In this document: positions 1 to 9,146 of the stretch, in pieces | How positions within the stretch are numbered: position 1 is the first letter of the stretch | Layout of the letters: each line of letters opens with the position of its first letter | Source: Chloroflexota bacterium | GTDB lineage: Bacteria; Chloroflexota; Anaerolineae; Anaerolineales; Villigracilaceae | DNA: 64,000 bases | NCBI GenBank assembly: GCA_013152325.1 | Contig: JAADGN010000045.1 | Location: 18,310-82,309 of the forward strand | Direction of reading: 5' to 3' | The notes under the pieces: generated by a model | What the model was told of the DNA's origin: nothing | Seen by the model: only the letters and a program-made list of their open reading frames with translations | The model's database searches: none | Position numbers and translations under genes: made by a program

Positions 1-427
1 CCTGCGCCAGGAAACCGGGCAGCACCGTCTCGTCCAAATCAGCCCAGAACGACACGTCGCCGCTGTAAGCCAGCAATTCGCCTTCGGGGGAGAAGTACGC
101 CAGCCCCAGTTCGAAATCGGGCAGCAAGAAATCGGATGAATGCAGAATGTCGTCCAGGGGGCGAGCGTCGGTCGCCCGCAAAGCCAACCCGCGAACGGCA
201 GCCAGGCGATGATTCAGTTGTTCGCTCAGGGCGCTGGCCGCGGTACGCGCCGCACGTTCATCCCTCTCCCCCACGAGCGTCCGCATGGCGCGTTGGTGCA
301 ATGACAGGCTGCCAAACGTGACCAGCAGCAGCAGCGCGACCAACGGCAGCACGATCCAGGCGAACAACTGCAAGGTCAGTCCCCGCCAATGGATGCCCGG
401 CAGGGGGATGCGGGCGCGCTTTCTCAA
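1..427 (-). CDS. probable sensor kinase partner of the response regulator, N-terminal part only (gene runs off the window start)
   Basis: Own minus-strand translation from TTG at 427-425: (M)RKRARIPLPGIHWRGLTLQLFAWIVLPLVALLLLVTFGSLSLHQRAMRTLVGERDERAARTAASALSEQLNH... It has one hydrophobic helix, then stays open to position 1. The TTG overlaps the regulator stop (TTGA). Kinase identity is inferred from position only; no catalytic motif lies inside the window. Confidence 0.4.
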   Translation of the reverse strand, partial: MRKRARIPLPGIHWRGLTLQLFAWIVLPLVALLLLVTFGSLSLHQRAMRTLVGERDERAARTAASALSEQLNHRLAAVRGLALRATDARPLDDILHSSDFLLPDFELGLAYFSPEGELLAYSGDVSFWADLDETVLPGFLAQ

Positions 428-1098
428 GCGTCGAATTCTCCCAGATCGGGCGGCAGCCACCCCAGGGAGACGGCGCGCATGACGGCCTCGGTGCGGCTGC
501 CCGCCTGCAGCTTGTTGAAGATGTGGGCCAGGTGTCCCTGCACGGTGCGGTCGCTGATGCCCAACTGTACGCCAATCGCCTTGTTGGTGTAACCCTTGCC
601 GACCAGGGTCAACACTTCCGTCTCGCGCCCGGTCAGCCGCTCGACCAGCGGCGCTTGTTTGGCCGTCGAGATCTGCGACATCATCTTTTGCAGGATGCTG
701 GCATCCAAGGCGGAGTTCCCGGCATGGACATCGCGCACGGCGCGGATGATCTCGCGCGGAGAGGCCGTCTTGAGCACATAGCCGTTGGCCCCGGCCTGGA
801 GCACGGCCATCACGTACGGGGTATCGTCGTAGGCGGTCAGGATGAGCACACCGACATCGCGATGGTGGGCGCGCACCCAGCGGGTGACGTCGATCCCGGT
901 GGCCTTGGGCATCTGGATATCCAGGACGGCCACGTCGGGCTGGTGCTGCTCGATGAGAGCCTGCGCCGCCACGCCGTCGTCGGCCTCGGCGACAACCTGG
1001 ATGTCGTCCGCCTGCTCCAGAAATTGGCGGATACCCGCCCGGACAACGGCGTGATCGTCGGCTAACAAAACGCGGATGGGGGAAGAGGAAGCGGTCAT
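424..1098 (-). CDS. response regulator, NarL/FixJ (LuxR-type HTH) family
   Basis: 224-aa ORF. Receiver motifs are RVLLADDH, VAVLDIQMP and GYVLK. The C-terminal LuxR/GerE HTH reads LTGRETEVLTLVGKGYTNKAIGVQLGISDRTVQGHLAHIFNKL. Confidence 0.95.
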   Translation of the reverse strand: MTASSSPIRVLLADDHAVVRAGIRQFLEQADDIQVVAEADDGVAAQALIEQHQPDVAVLDIQMPKATGIDVTRWVRAHHRDVGVLILTAYDDTPYVMAVLQAGANGYVLKTASPREIIRAVRDVHAGNSALDASILQKMMSQISTAKQAPLVERLTGRETEVLTLVGKGYTNKAIGVQLGISDRTVQGHLAHIFNKLQAGSRTEAVMRAVSLGWLPPDLGEFDA

Positions 1099-1135
1099 GG
1101 ATTGATTTTACTACAGGGCGGCGCAAAGCGGTGTG

Positions 1136-1173
1136 CAACAGAAAATACCCGACAGTTGAACTCCCGGGTATTT
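1136..1173 (-). terminator. rho-independent terminator closing the long minus-strand cop/ccdA/cytochrome c unit
   Basis: Minus-strand hairpin AAATACCCG (1173-1165) / CGGGTATTT (1151-1143) with a 13-nt loop, running into TTTTCTGTT. It lies about 130 nt after the cytochrome c stop. Confidence 0.6.
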
Positions 1174-1303
1174 CAGGTGTAGATTATTGGCCGCCCGACA
1201 TTCAGACCCTGTTGCAGACAGTTCCTGAGCGGAGCGACCAACGGGCGCGCAGTCGAAGGACGGATTGTGAAATCGCCGTTGCGCGAGGGAGACGGCCGAA
1301 AAC

Positions 1304-1798
1304 TCAAGGCTCAAAAAACGCGTTCTGGGTGGAGGTGATCCACCACTGGAACTCGCGCTCTTCCTGTCCCCAGGAGGTTTTTATAAACGCCAAAACGGCA
1401 TGCATCTCGTCCTCGCTGAGGGTTCCGCCAAAAGCGGGCATATTCCCATCTTCCGGCTTGCCCCCCTCGGCGATGATCTTGAGCAGCAGCGCGTCGGGGT
1501 GATGCCAGGTATGCCCGCGGCTGTCGTGCGGCGGCGGGAGCAGGGTGCCGTCGGGCTGGATCCGTTTCCAGTCCGGGACGCCCTCCAACTCCGCGCCGTG
1601 ACAGGACGCGCAAGATCGGGCGTAGACCGCCCTCCCCAGCGCGACCTCGTCCAAGTCCAGCGCGGGGACGGGCGGGGCGGTCACGCCGTTGATGGTCACC
1701 GATGCGTCCGCCGGGGCGGCCTGCCCCCGCCAAACCAGCGTCCCGGCGCTCCCGATGAGCAGCACGATGATCAGGGTCAACCCAAGCCATTTGTTCAT
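1304..1798 (-). CDS. membrane-anchored c-type cytochrome
   Basis: CASCHG heme-binding motif with distal MPAFGG. N-terminal anchor is MNKWLGLTLIIVLLIGSAG. The ATG at 1798 overlaps the upstream stop (ATGA), so the ORF-track start at 1888 is not used. Confidence 0.85.
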   Translation of the reverse strand: MNKWLGLTLIIVLLIGSAGTLVWRGQAAPADASVTINGVTAPPVPALDLDEVALGRAVYARSCASCHGAELEGVPDWKRIQPDGTLLPPPHDSRGHTWHHPDALLLKIIAEGGKPEDGNMPAFGGTLSEDEMHAVLAFIKTSWGQEEREFQWWITSTQNAFFEP

Positions 1799-2553
1799 GC
1801 ACTCTTGTCCCCAGCGCGCTGGAATTTGGCCTTCAGAGCGCGCACCGTATCCGCAGCGGCCTCTTCCAGGTAGGGGAAGCCAAACCAAACCACGCCCAGA
1901 CCGAAGAGGATCCCGCTGATCAAACGCATCCAGGAATTGAAGGAACCCAGCGTATCGCCCGCGTAGAACGTCGGCGCGAAGACGTTATTCGTCAGCGCGG
2001 CCAGCCATTCGTTGGTATAGCGAAAACCCTGCCCGATACCGGCAAAGTCGCTGATGAAGTGGGTCGTCCCGTCCACGGCCATCGGCAGCAAAAAGAGGAT
2101 GAATCCCCAGATCGGCAGCGGCTTAATTTTGCGCCGCAGCGGATACCACATCCAGGCGAAGAACAGGATGCTGGTATACATCGAGACCATGCGGTCAGAC
2201 CAGGCCACCTTCCAGCCCATTTCCGGCGTGCCGATGAAACGACGCAGGAGCAGCATGTCGAAATTGTGCGGCCAGACAGCCTGGATCTCGCTCAGCGAGT
2301 ACATCCCCTTCGAGCCAAACAGGAAGAGCGAACGCTGCGCCATCTGGTGGCAGAGAAACGAGTAGAACAGGTAGATCGGCCGCGCCGCGCCCTCCCAGCC
2401 GATCCGCATGAAAACGGGAGCCAGGAAGGGCAGCCCAACGTACAGGCCATAGACCAGGCTGAACACCAGCATCCAGTGACGGCTGAGGCGATAGATGACC
2501 CGGTCAGCGGCGGTGACTGTCGGGCGCGCGTGCAGGCTGGGTGTGGAAGTCAT
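1795..2553 (-). CDS. DUF2085-like polytopic membrane protein
   Basis: 252-aa ORF with several hydrophobic helices and an FLCHQMAQRSLF motif (CHQ..RS, as I recall for DUF2085). It sits 12 nt after the preceding small ORF. Confidence 0.75.
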   Translation of the reverse strand: MTSTPSLHARPTVTAADRVIYRLSRHWMLVFSLVYGLYVGLPFLAPVFMRIGWEGAARPIYLFYSFLCHQMAQRSLFLFGSKGMYSLSEIQAVWPHNFDMLLLRRFIGTPEMGWKVAWSDRMVSMYTSILFFAWMWYPLRRKIKPLPIWGFILFLLPMAVDGTTHFISDFAGIGQGFRYTNEWLAALTNNVFAPTFYAGDTLGSFNSWMRLISGILFGLGVVWFGFPYLEEAAADTVRALKAKFQRAGDKSA

Positions 2554-2565
2554 ACCATTCCCTCG

Positions 2566-2712
2566 TTACACATGGTGCGCAACCTGGAGATAGAGTATGT
2601 AAAGCACCAGCGCCAGCAGCAGGACAATGATCAGCGTCGTAAACACATCGGCCACAATGGTCATAACGGAGCGCCGTTTTTTCCCGGATCGCTTTGGTGA
2701 AGATTTGGACAT
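2566..2712 (-). CDS. small single-pass membrane protein (48 aa), below the ORF-track cutoff
   Basis: Own translation: MSKSSPKRSGKKRRSVMTIVADVFTTLIIVLLLALVLYILYLQVAHHV*. A GGAGG lies 7 nt upstream of the ATG (TAGGAGGCACAATCATG). The ORF fits exactly between two operon genes. Confidence 0.5.
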   Translation of the reverse strand: MSKSSPKRSGKKRRSVMTIVADVFTTLIIVLLLALVLYILYLQVAHHV

Positions 2713-2723
2713 GATTGTGCCTC

Positions 2724-3317
2724 CTATGGGGCGTTCGGCTCCGGCGCGCGGTTGCGGTTGGCGCTGACGAACTTGCGCGCCTGGCCCTCGTCAAAGACTT
2801 CGAAGCGCTGCATTCGTCCCCAGGAGGTCATCACCACAGGAACGTCCAGCAAGACGCGCGGGAAAGCGACCAACTTCACCCCCCTGAATTTATCCATCAC
2901 GTTCCGGATCTGGGCTTTCAACGTCTCACAACCTGCATCGTCCAGAGAGTCGCAGTTGTACCAGAAGATGACGTAGCCATGCTCCAGGTTGTGCCCCAGG
3001 TATCCTTCCGGGTACGCCACCTGCGCTTGAGGAGAGGTTTCATCGTAAAAGCCGGCCTCCAGCTCCTGACCGTAGTGACTCCCCGAGGTCGGCGGTTCGG
3101 AGTTGAACGGCCCCGGGTCGGTCCCCTCGGCAACATGCTTTCCGGCATTTGCCATAATGGGCACTTCCTCGCCCGCAGCCGGACGCGCCGCGCCCCAGAG
3201 CATAAATCCAATAATTGCCAGCACGCCAACGGCGACGCCGCCCCAGACCAGGTTATTGATCAATTTCTTCCGGCGCTGTTTTGCCCGTTGTGCCTCCCGG
3301 ATTGCACGTTTACCCAT
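2724..3317 (-). CDS. DUF3105-like membrane-anchored exported protein
   Basis: ATG at 3317 is preceded by GGAGGTAAAA; the track start at 3329 is a TTG inside that RBS. It has an N-terminal anchor, then GSHYGQ...LEHGYVIFWYNCD...DAGCETL, typical of DUF3105 as I recall. Confidence 0.75.
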   Translation of the reverse strand: MGKRAIREAQRAKQRRKKLINNLVWGGVAVGVLAIIGFMLWGAARPAAGEEVPIMANAGKHVAEGTDPGPFNSEPPTSGSHYGQELEAGFYDETSPQAQVAYPEGYLGHNLEHGYVIFWYNCDSLDDAGCETLKAQIRNVMDKFRGVKLVAFPRVLLDVPVVMTSWGRMQRFEVFDEGQARKFVSANRNRAPEPNAP

Positions 3318-3349
3318 TTTTACCTCCAAAAGTTACCAATATTTTTCGA

Positions 3350-4138
3350 TCACACAGTATCTTGTGTTGCTATTGCAGAACCGCTAAAGGCGTGTCCGCT
3401 GAGATAGCCAATGTAGGCCGGAACCAGCGGCAGGACGCACGGCGAAAGGAACGAGAGCAGCCCGGCCAGAATAGCGATGAGATAAGTCGGGGTGGCCGCC
3501 GCGCCCGGCGGCAGGTCGAGGAAGAAACCGTTGCGCTGCGCCCAGATCGCGATCAGGGTCAGTTGGTTGGTCAACAGCATGAAGCCGATGACCAGCAGCA
3601 AAATCCCGCTGCCGATCTGCACCTTGCGCAGGTGACGCCGGAAGCGATGGATGAAGCGGGTGGCGCGCTCCATCCCCGCGCCGATAAGCAGGAACGGAAT
3701 TCCCAGCCCCAAAGCATAACCGCTGGCGAGCACCATCGCTTGTCCGCTGGTCTGCTGGCTGAAGCCCAGGGTGAGGATCGCGCCCAGGGTAGTGCCGATG
3801 CAGGGCGTCCAGCCGGCGGCGAAGAAAACGCCCATCAGCGCGGAGGAGAACACGCCGCCTCTGTTCCCTTTCTTCCATTCCGGGCGCGTGTCATAGTTCA
3901 TCCAGGGGATATTCAACACACCAAGCGTGGACAGCCCAAAGGCAATCACCACGGCGCCGCCGATCTGCGCCAGGACGGTTTTGTACGCGCCGAAAGCGTT
4001 CCCCAACAGGGTGGCCGCGCCCCCCCAGCCAACGACAAAGACGACGGAAAAACCGAGCACGAACAAAGCCGCATGAGAGAGAACCAGCAGCTTCTTCTTC
4101 GATGGGGGCGCGTTGTTGTCTGTTGGTTGTTTCATCAT
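3350..4138 (-). CDS. ccdA: CcdA/DsbD-family thiol-disulfide electron transporter, apparently circularly permuted
   Basis: Both CcdA signatures are present but in reversed order. FVLGFSVVF and GWTPCIGTTLGAIL come first. LLSFLSPCVLPLVPAYIGYLSG, normally in TM1 at the N-terminus, lies within the last ~40 residues. The ATG at 4138 lies 1 nt after the upstream TAG (TAGGATGATG). Confidence 0.85.
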   Translation of the reverse strand: MMKQPTDNNAPPSKKKLLVLSHAALFVLGFSVVFVVGWGGAATLLGNAFGAYKTVLAQIGGAVVIAFGLSTLGVLNIPWMNYDTRPEWKKGNRGGVFSSALMGVFFAAGWTPCIGTTLGAILTLGFSQQTSGQAMVLASGYALGLGIPFLLIGAGMERATRFIHRFRRHLRKVQIGSGILLLVIGFMLLTNQLTLIAIWAQRNGFFLDLPPGAAATPTYLIAILAGLLSFLSPCVLPLVPAYIGYLSGHAFSGSAIATQDTV

Positions 4139-4139
4139 C

Positions 4140-5144
4140 CTAAACACCGCAACTGTTGCCGCCGCCAGGCGCTTGTTCCAACAAGCCGTTGTCTGCCAGC
4201 CACTGATGGACGTTTTGGAATCCGGATGCGGAGAAGGACTCCAACTGCACCGCCTGGCGAGAGTCGATCTCCGAGAAATCGAGTCCCTTGCTGGCCTTGA
4301 AGAAAATTGCCATTTCAAGCGTTTGCTGGGGGAACCAAAACGCATTCGCATATTTGGCTGCCGCGAACATCTCGTCCTCGCTCACGTCCTGTGAAGCGAG
4401 TTGGGTAAGCAACCCCAGCATGGCCATCCCATGGTTGCAGTCAGGGAAATACGTGGAGTTGTTGCAGCAGGGGCGATAGACAGCCTGCGCCACTTCTTCC
4501 AGCCGCGCCTGTTGGTCTTCAGTCAAGAGAAGGATCGGCACGCTGGCATAGAGCGCTGTCGAAGTTTTCTTGCCGATCGTCCAGCCGCCCGTCGACGCGA
4601 AACGCCCCACTTGTTCGGCACCGTATTGCATCATTGGCCCCTCGGTCAAAACCGGATTCTGGTTGACCAGACCCAGCGCCCAAAAATAGTTGAGCAAGAA
4701 ATAGGCGTTCTCGCGATCAATGACGATTTGCTCATCGCTTCCCTCGAGCAGGATTGTCCTTTGCGCCTCGGTGAGCGGCTGGTTTGCATTCTGATAGATG
4801 GCTTCAAATTTACCGAAGTCAATAGCGCCGCTGTCAATCAACTGCGGGCCAACATTCCCCCATTGGGTGGGGAAGACATACTTTTCCGGCAGATTGATCT
4901 CTCCGGCGAGAGCAGCAGTATTTTCACCACCCTGCTGCTCCGTTTTCGGCACAGTTGCCAAGGGGGATGGATTCCCCGTGCCGGGATCATTTCCCCAGAG
5001 CAAAAACCCTACGCCTGTGCCCAGGGCAAATATCACGCCAAGTACGGCAAGGTCACGGATAAACAGCTTGCGTTTCTTTTGGCGCGGGGAAAGCTTTTGT
5101 CGGGGATGAGGTAATTCGGGTGAAGTCTGTTGTTCATCAAGCAT
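4140..5144 (-). CDS. membrane-anchored exported Cys-rich protein of unknown function (RPCCNNSTYFPDCNHGMAMLG motif, C-terminal GGGNSCGV)
   Basis: 334-aa ORF with a basic N-terminus plus one TM (LAVLGVIFALGTGVGFLLWG). The Cys cluster is CC-x7-C-x-H, with a further Cys 3 residues from the end. I recognise no named family. Confidence 0.8.
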   Translation of the reverse strand: MLDEQQTSPELPHPRQKLSPRQKKRKLFIRDLAVLGVIFALGTGVGFLLWGNDPGTGNPSPLATVPKTEQQGGENTAALAGEINLPEKYVFPTQWGNVGPQLIDSGAIDFGKFEAIYQNANQPLTEAQRTILLEGSDEQIVIDRENAYFLLNYFWALGLVNQNPVLTEGPMMQYGAEQVGRFASTGGWTIGKKTSTALYASVPILLLTEDQQARLEEVAQAVYRPCCNNSTYFPDCNHGMAMLGLLTQLASQDVSEDEMFAAAKYANAFWFPQQTLEMAIFFKASKGLDFSEIDSRQAVQLESFSASGFQNVHQWLADNGLLEQAPGGGNSCGV

Positions 5145-5163
5145 GATAACGCCTCGCGGAATT

Positions 5164-5191
5164 GGCGAAGGCTCCGGTCGGAGCCTTCGCC
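5164..5191 (-). other. intercistronic GC-rich hairpin between the YHS gene and the Cys-rich protein gene
   Basis: Near-perfect palindrome GGCGAAGGCTCCG-GT-CGGAGCCTTCGCC. No U-tract follows on the minus strand (AATTCC), so this is more likely a processing or stability element than a terminator. Confidence 0.5.
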
Positions 5192-5204
5192 ATCTGGGGG
5201 GGAT

Positions 5205-5387
5205 TTAGTGATGCCCGTGACCGTGATGGTCGTGGCCTTCATGCTGACCCAGATATTGCTCCGGATCTTTGTCGAAGGATGCCTTGCAGTTCGGACAACA
5301 GAAGTAGTAGGTCTGCCCCTTGTATTCCGAGGTCGTGGTGACAGACTTCTCGTCAACCTCCATCTTGCATACAGGATCGATAGCCAT
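5205..5387 (-). CDS. YHS/TRASH-domain metal-binding protein with His-rich tail
   Basis: MAIDPVCKMEVDEKSVTTTSEYKGQTYYFCCPNCKASFDKDPEQYLGQHEGHDHHGHGHH. AAAGGAG lies 8 nt upstream of the ATG at 5387. Confidence 0.85.
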   Translation of the reverse strand: MAIDPVCKMEVDEKSVTTTSEYKGQTYYFCCPNCKASFDKDPEQYLGQHEGHDHHGHGHH

Positions 5388-5462
5388 AAGTCGTACTCCT
5401 TTCATGAGTGGAACTTGAATTTTATATACCTTGCGAAACGTGACGGCGCTTGCAAGGTATTC

Positions 5463-5669
5463 CTAGCCCGGCGCGAAGAGATAGATATAAGCGCCAAGCG
5501 CAATCAGAGCAATGAGGATGAGCGCCACCCATCCAATGGGGGTGCTCATCATTCCGGCCATCATCGCCATGCCCCCCATGGCCATGCCTCCGCCGAGCAG
5601 CGCCAACAAGGCGACCAGCAGGACGACGCCAACGATGATCAGCAATACGGTTCCCGCATCTGGTTTCAC
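5463..5669 (-). CDS. small two-helix membrane protein with Met/Gly-rich loop (GGGMAMGGMAMMAGMM)
   Basis: GTG at 5669 is preceded by AAAGGAGG (AAAGGAGGCTGCGTG). The product is 68 aa; the longer track ORF (to 5846) overlaps copA. Confidence 0.6.
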   Translation of the reverse strand: MKPDAGTVLLIIVGVVLLVALLALLGGGMAMGGMAMMAGMMSTPIGWVALILIALIALGAYIYLFAPG

Positions 5670-5790
5670 GCAGCCTCCTTTCTGTTTGGGATGAACGGAT
5701 GCCGGGTCTCCCTCGGGCGCTCCCGCGTCCCCGGCAGTTCTCTGAACCGCCAGGGACCGAGTTGAGTGGGAGGGATCCCCGGCTTTGGGC

Positions 5791-8262
<2,472 letters not shown>

Positions 8263-8309
8263 GGGAATATCCTTTCGGGGCTTCTGGAACAGAGCCCCTT
8301 GCTCGAAAA

Positions 8310-8621
8310 TCACCTGTGTTTCTGTTCCGAGTTCAGAGGGTAGGAAACCCGGGTAAGTATCTGGTACAACAAAATCAGGCGTTGCAGGGCCTGTCCACGC
8401 TCTTGAGAGCAATCGCTGTATTGGATGACCTTCCGGCTCTCTTGAAGCTGCTCGTCGATCATCAGCCGGGCGGCAGCGTGCAGCGCCGCCTGGACTGCGT
8501 TCAGTTGATGGAGCACTTTTCCACACGGTTCGCCAGCCTCCACCATCGCGACCACGGATTGCAGGTGGCCTTTGGCGGATTGCAGGCGGCGAACGACGGG
8601 GTTGCTGCGCTCAAGGGACAT
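8310..8621 (-). CDS. CsoR/RcnR-family (DUF156) transcriptional repressor with non-canonical ligand fingerprint
   Basis: [62 protein letters not shown]... The first Cys is conserved. The residues 25 and 29 positions after it are Q and S, not the H and C of Cu(I)-sensing CsoR. The start may be 8621 or 8633. Confidence 0.8.
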   Translation of the reverse strand: MSLERSNPVVRRLQSAKGHLQSVVAMVEAGEPCGKVLHQLNAVQAALHAAARLMIDEQLQESRKVIQYSDCSQERGQALQRLILLYQILTRVSYPLNSEQKHR

Positions 8622-8979
8622 GGGTCCATTCATCCACAGACAGGGGCGACAGAGCCGACCGGATGGTCGCCTCCAGGTCGCGGCCGGGAGGGTGGCCGGG
8701 GGAATGCGCCAGGGCCGCCTCCGTTTGTCCGTTGTGCGAGTGAACGATAATGGAAGCCGGGGAGTCCTCGCCCTGATACGCCAGCAAGACGACCAGTTGA
8801 CAATCGCAGGGAACTGTGCCGTGGTGCGGGCAGGCGAGATCGGGGAACGAGGCGCAGGCAGACCGCAAATCAAAGGAACGCACCACGCGTATCCCTGAAC
8901 GCTCCAGGCGTTGGGTAATTTGCTGAATGGCGGTCTCGCAATCCGCTCTCAGAATTGACAAATGGTTGGTCTGGTTCAT
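8611..8979 (-). CDS. uncharacterised Cys/His-rich small protein, paralog A (VVRSFDL...C-x-CPHHG-x5-CDCQ...VLL.Y)
   Basis: 122 aa from the ATG at 8979. It is the first gene after the predicted minus-strand promoter at 9027-9055, and its end overlaps the csoR-like start. It is clearly alignable to the product of 14157-14501. Confidence 0.75.
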   Translation of the reverse strand: MNQTNHLSILRADCETAIQQITQRLERSGIRVVRSFDLRSACASFPDLACPHHGTVPCDCQLVVLLAYQGEDSPASIIVHSHNGQTEAALAHSPGHPPGRDLEATIRSALSPLSVDEWTHVP

Positions 8980-8991
8980 CGCGTTTCTCGT

Positions 8992-9017
8992 TTGTGGCAC
9001 TTTTTTGTGGCACTTTT
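8992..9017. repeat. perfect tandem direct repeat 2 x 13 bp (TTGTGGCACTTTT) in the 5' UTR of the cop unit
   Basis: Read directly: 8992-9004 and 9005-9017 are identical. Each unit contains the mini-palindrome GTGGCAC. The repeat lies between the predicted -10 (9027-9032) and the start codon (8979). Confidence 0.8.
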
Positions 9018-9026
9018 CGTAGCCCC

Positions 9027-9055
9027 AGTATATGCAGCGCACCCCTGAAACGCCA
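9027..9055 (-). promoter_or_regulatory. predicted promoter P1-minus (TGGCGT-17-TATACT) for the cop/ccdA unit
   Basis: On the minus strand: -35 TGGCGT (9055-9050), 17-nt spacer, -10 TATACT (9032-9027). It begins exactly 23 nt from the 7-2-7 repeat. Confidence 0.6.
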
Positions 9056-9078
9056 GCGCCATTTGCCGCATTGACAGG

Positions 9079-9094
9079 TAAGCAATTTTGCCTA
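9079..9094. promoter_or_regulatory. 7-2-7 inverted repeat, site 1 (TAAGCAA-TT-TTGCCTA), shared by divergent promoters
   Basis: It is part of a longer palindrome, CAGGTAAGCAATTTTGCCTACCTG (9075-9098). It lies 23 nt from a -35 hexamer on both strands. Confidence 0.7.
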
Positions 9095-9117
9095 CCTGGG
9101 AACGCGCTTAGTGGCCG

Positions 9118-9146
9118 ATGACATTCAGGATTCAGAAGAGTATGAT
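9118..9146 (+). promoter_or_regulatory. predicted promoter P1-plus (ATGACA-17-TATGAT)
   Basis: -35 ATGACA 9118-9123, 17-nt spacer, -10 TATGAT 9141-9146. This would leave a ~200-nt leader before the ATG at 9354. Confidence 0.55.

Noticed and set aside
8263-8526. Extended start of copA; the same issue applies to extended starts of the csoR-like, paralog, YHS, cytochrome c, dprA, greA and plsC-like ORFs
   Set aside because: The extensions overlap the preceding genes, lack RBSs and have unprotein-like composition. Internal ATG/GTG codons with Shine-Dalgarno sequences or stop/start overlaps fit better.
9019-9033. Possible canonical CsoR operator (GTAGCCCCAGTATA resembles the start of the M. tuberculosis cso operator as I recall it)
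   Set aside because: There is no matching GGGG half-site and no dyad symmetry, and the resemblance covers only a few bases. I kept the neighbouring 13-bp tandem repeat as the better operator candidate.
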